Source of the DNA: Octopus bimaculoides
Lineage: Eukaryota
NCBI RefSeq assembly: GCF_001194135.2
Contig: NC_068991.1
Location: 52,269,388-52,305,608, forward strand
Direction: 5' to 3'
Length of the DNA: 36,221 nt
In this document: piece after piece, positions 35,742 through 36,221 of the stretch
Numbering within the stretch: the stretch's first letter is position 1
Layout: each line of letters begins with the position of its first letter
The notes under the pieces: generated by a model
Databases searched by the model: none
The model's input: only the letters and a program-made list of their open reading frames with translations
Told to the model about the DNA's origin: nothing
Made by a program: the position numbers and the translations under genes

Positions 35742-35985
35742 GTATTCCGTCGGTTACGACGATCAGGGTTCCAGTTGATCCGATAAACAGAACAGCCTGC
35801 TCGTAAAATTAACATGCAGAGAGATTCAGTGTCCCTTTGAATTACAAGTACGACTCATTTTTGCCAGCTGAGTGGATTGGGGCAACGTGAAATGACGTAG
35901 GACACAACGCGCCGTCGGAAATCGAACACACGACCTTACAATCGTGAGCCTAATACCCTAATCACTAAGCCATCCACCTTCACAT
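35742..35985 (-). mobile_element. SINE family C (C2) with internal deletion
   Basis: GGTTCCAGTTGATCCGAT...CTGCTCGTAAAATTAAC at one end, tRNA-like head at the other. Confidence 0.85.
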
Positions 35986-36221
35986 TATATATATATTGCG
36001 TGTGTGTGTGTTTTCTCAAACGTATATAAAAACAGCTTCATTTCTGTGACCGGAATGAAACGATCGGACGCAGTTTGGACGCCAACAATTTGGCACGGCT
36101 GACTGGATGTACAACGTAGTTTTACGATAGTGCGTTTTGGCGTTGGAGGCAAACGTGCATGCAGAACTATACACATACACCGATAGAGGTGTGTGTAAAC
36201 ATAAATGTATGTATATATATA

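Noticed and set aside
148-36176. Listed six-frame ORFs as genes
   Set aside because: Nearly all are YI/CV/HT/RE/LS dipeptide translations of microsatellites, run through N gaps, or lie in SINEs; none shows a recognisable intact domain.
1-36221. CRISPR array, rRNA, prokaryotic operons or terminators
   Set aside because: No regularly spaced repeats with unique spacers, no rRNA similarity; the sequence is clearly eukaryotic repeat-rich DNA.

Overview
AT-rich, microsatellite-saturated eukaryotic DNA from a draft assembly with 7 N-gaps. It reads like an intergenic or intronic region of an octopus-type cephalopod genome; this is inferred from the repeat landscape, not verified. I cannot support any intact protein-coding gene: almost all listed ORFs are artefacts of simple repeats or N-runs. 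The window is a patchwork of three tRNA-derived SINE families (A, B, C; about 25 copies or fragments of different ages, two with perfect 16-17 bp TSDs), heavily decayed LINE relics on the minus strand (L1/Tx1-like and CR1-like, recognised by eye) and other old repeats. Best leads: (1) a complete minimal type I hammerhead ribozyme fold with a palindromic stem III at 25938-26009, plus one degenerate and two partial hammerhead-like pieces; (2) a U6 snRNA retro-pseudogene joined almost directly to a full-length SINE at 12302-12596; (3) SINE-into-SINE insertion at AGAA sites; (4) a 172-bp fold-back element with a microsatellite core and a perfect 30-bp palindrome.
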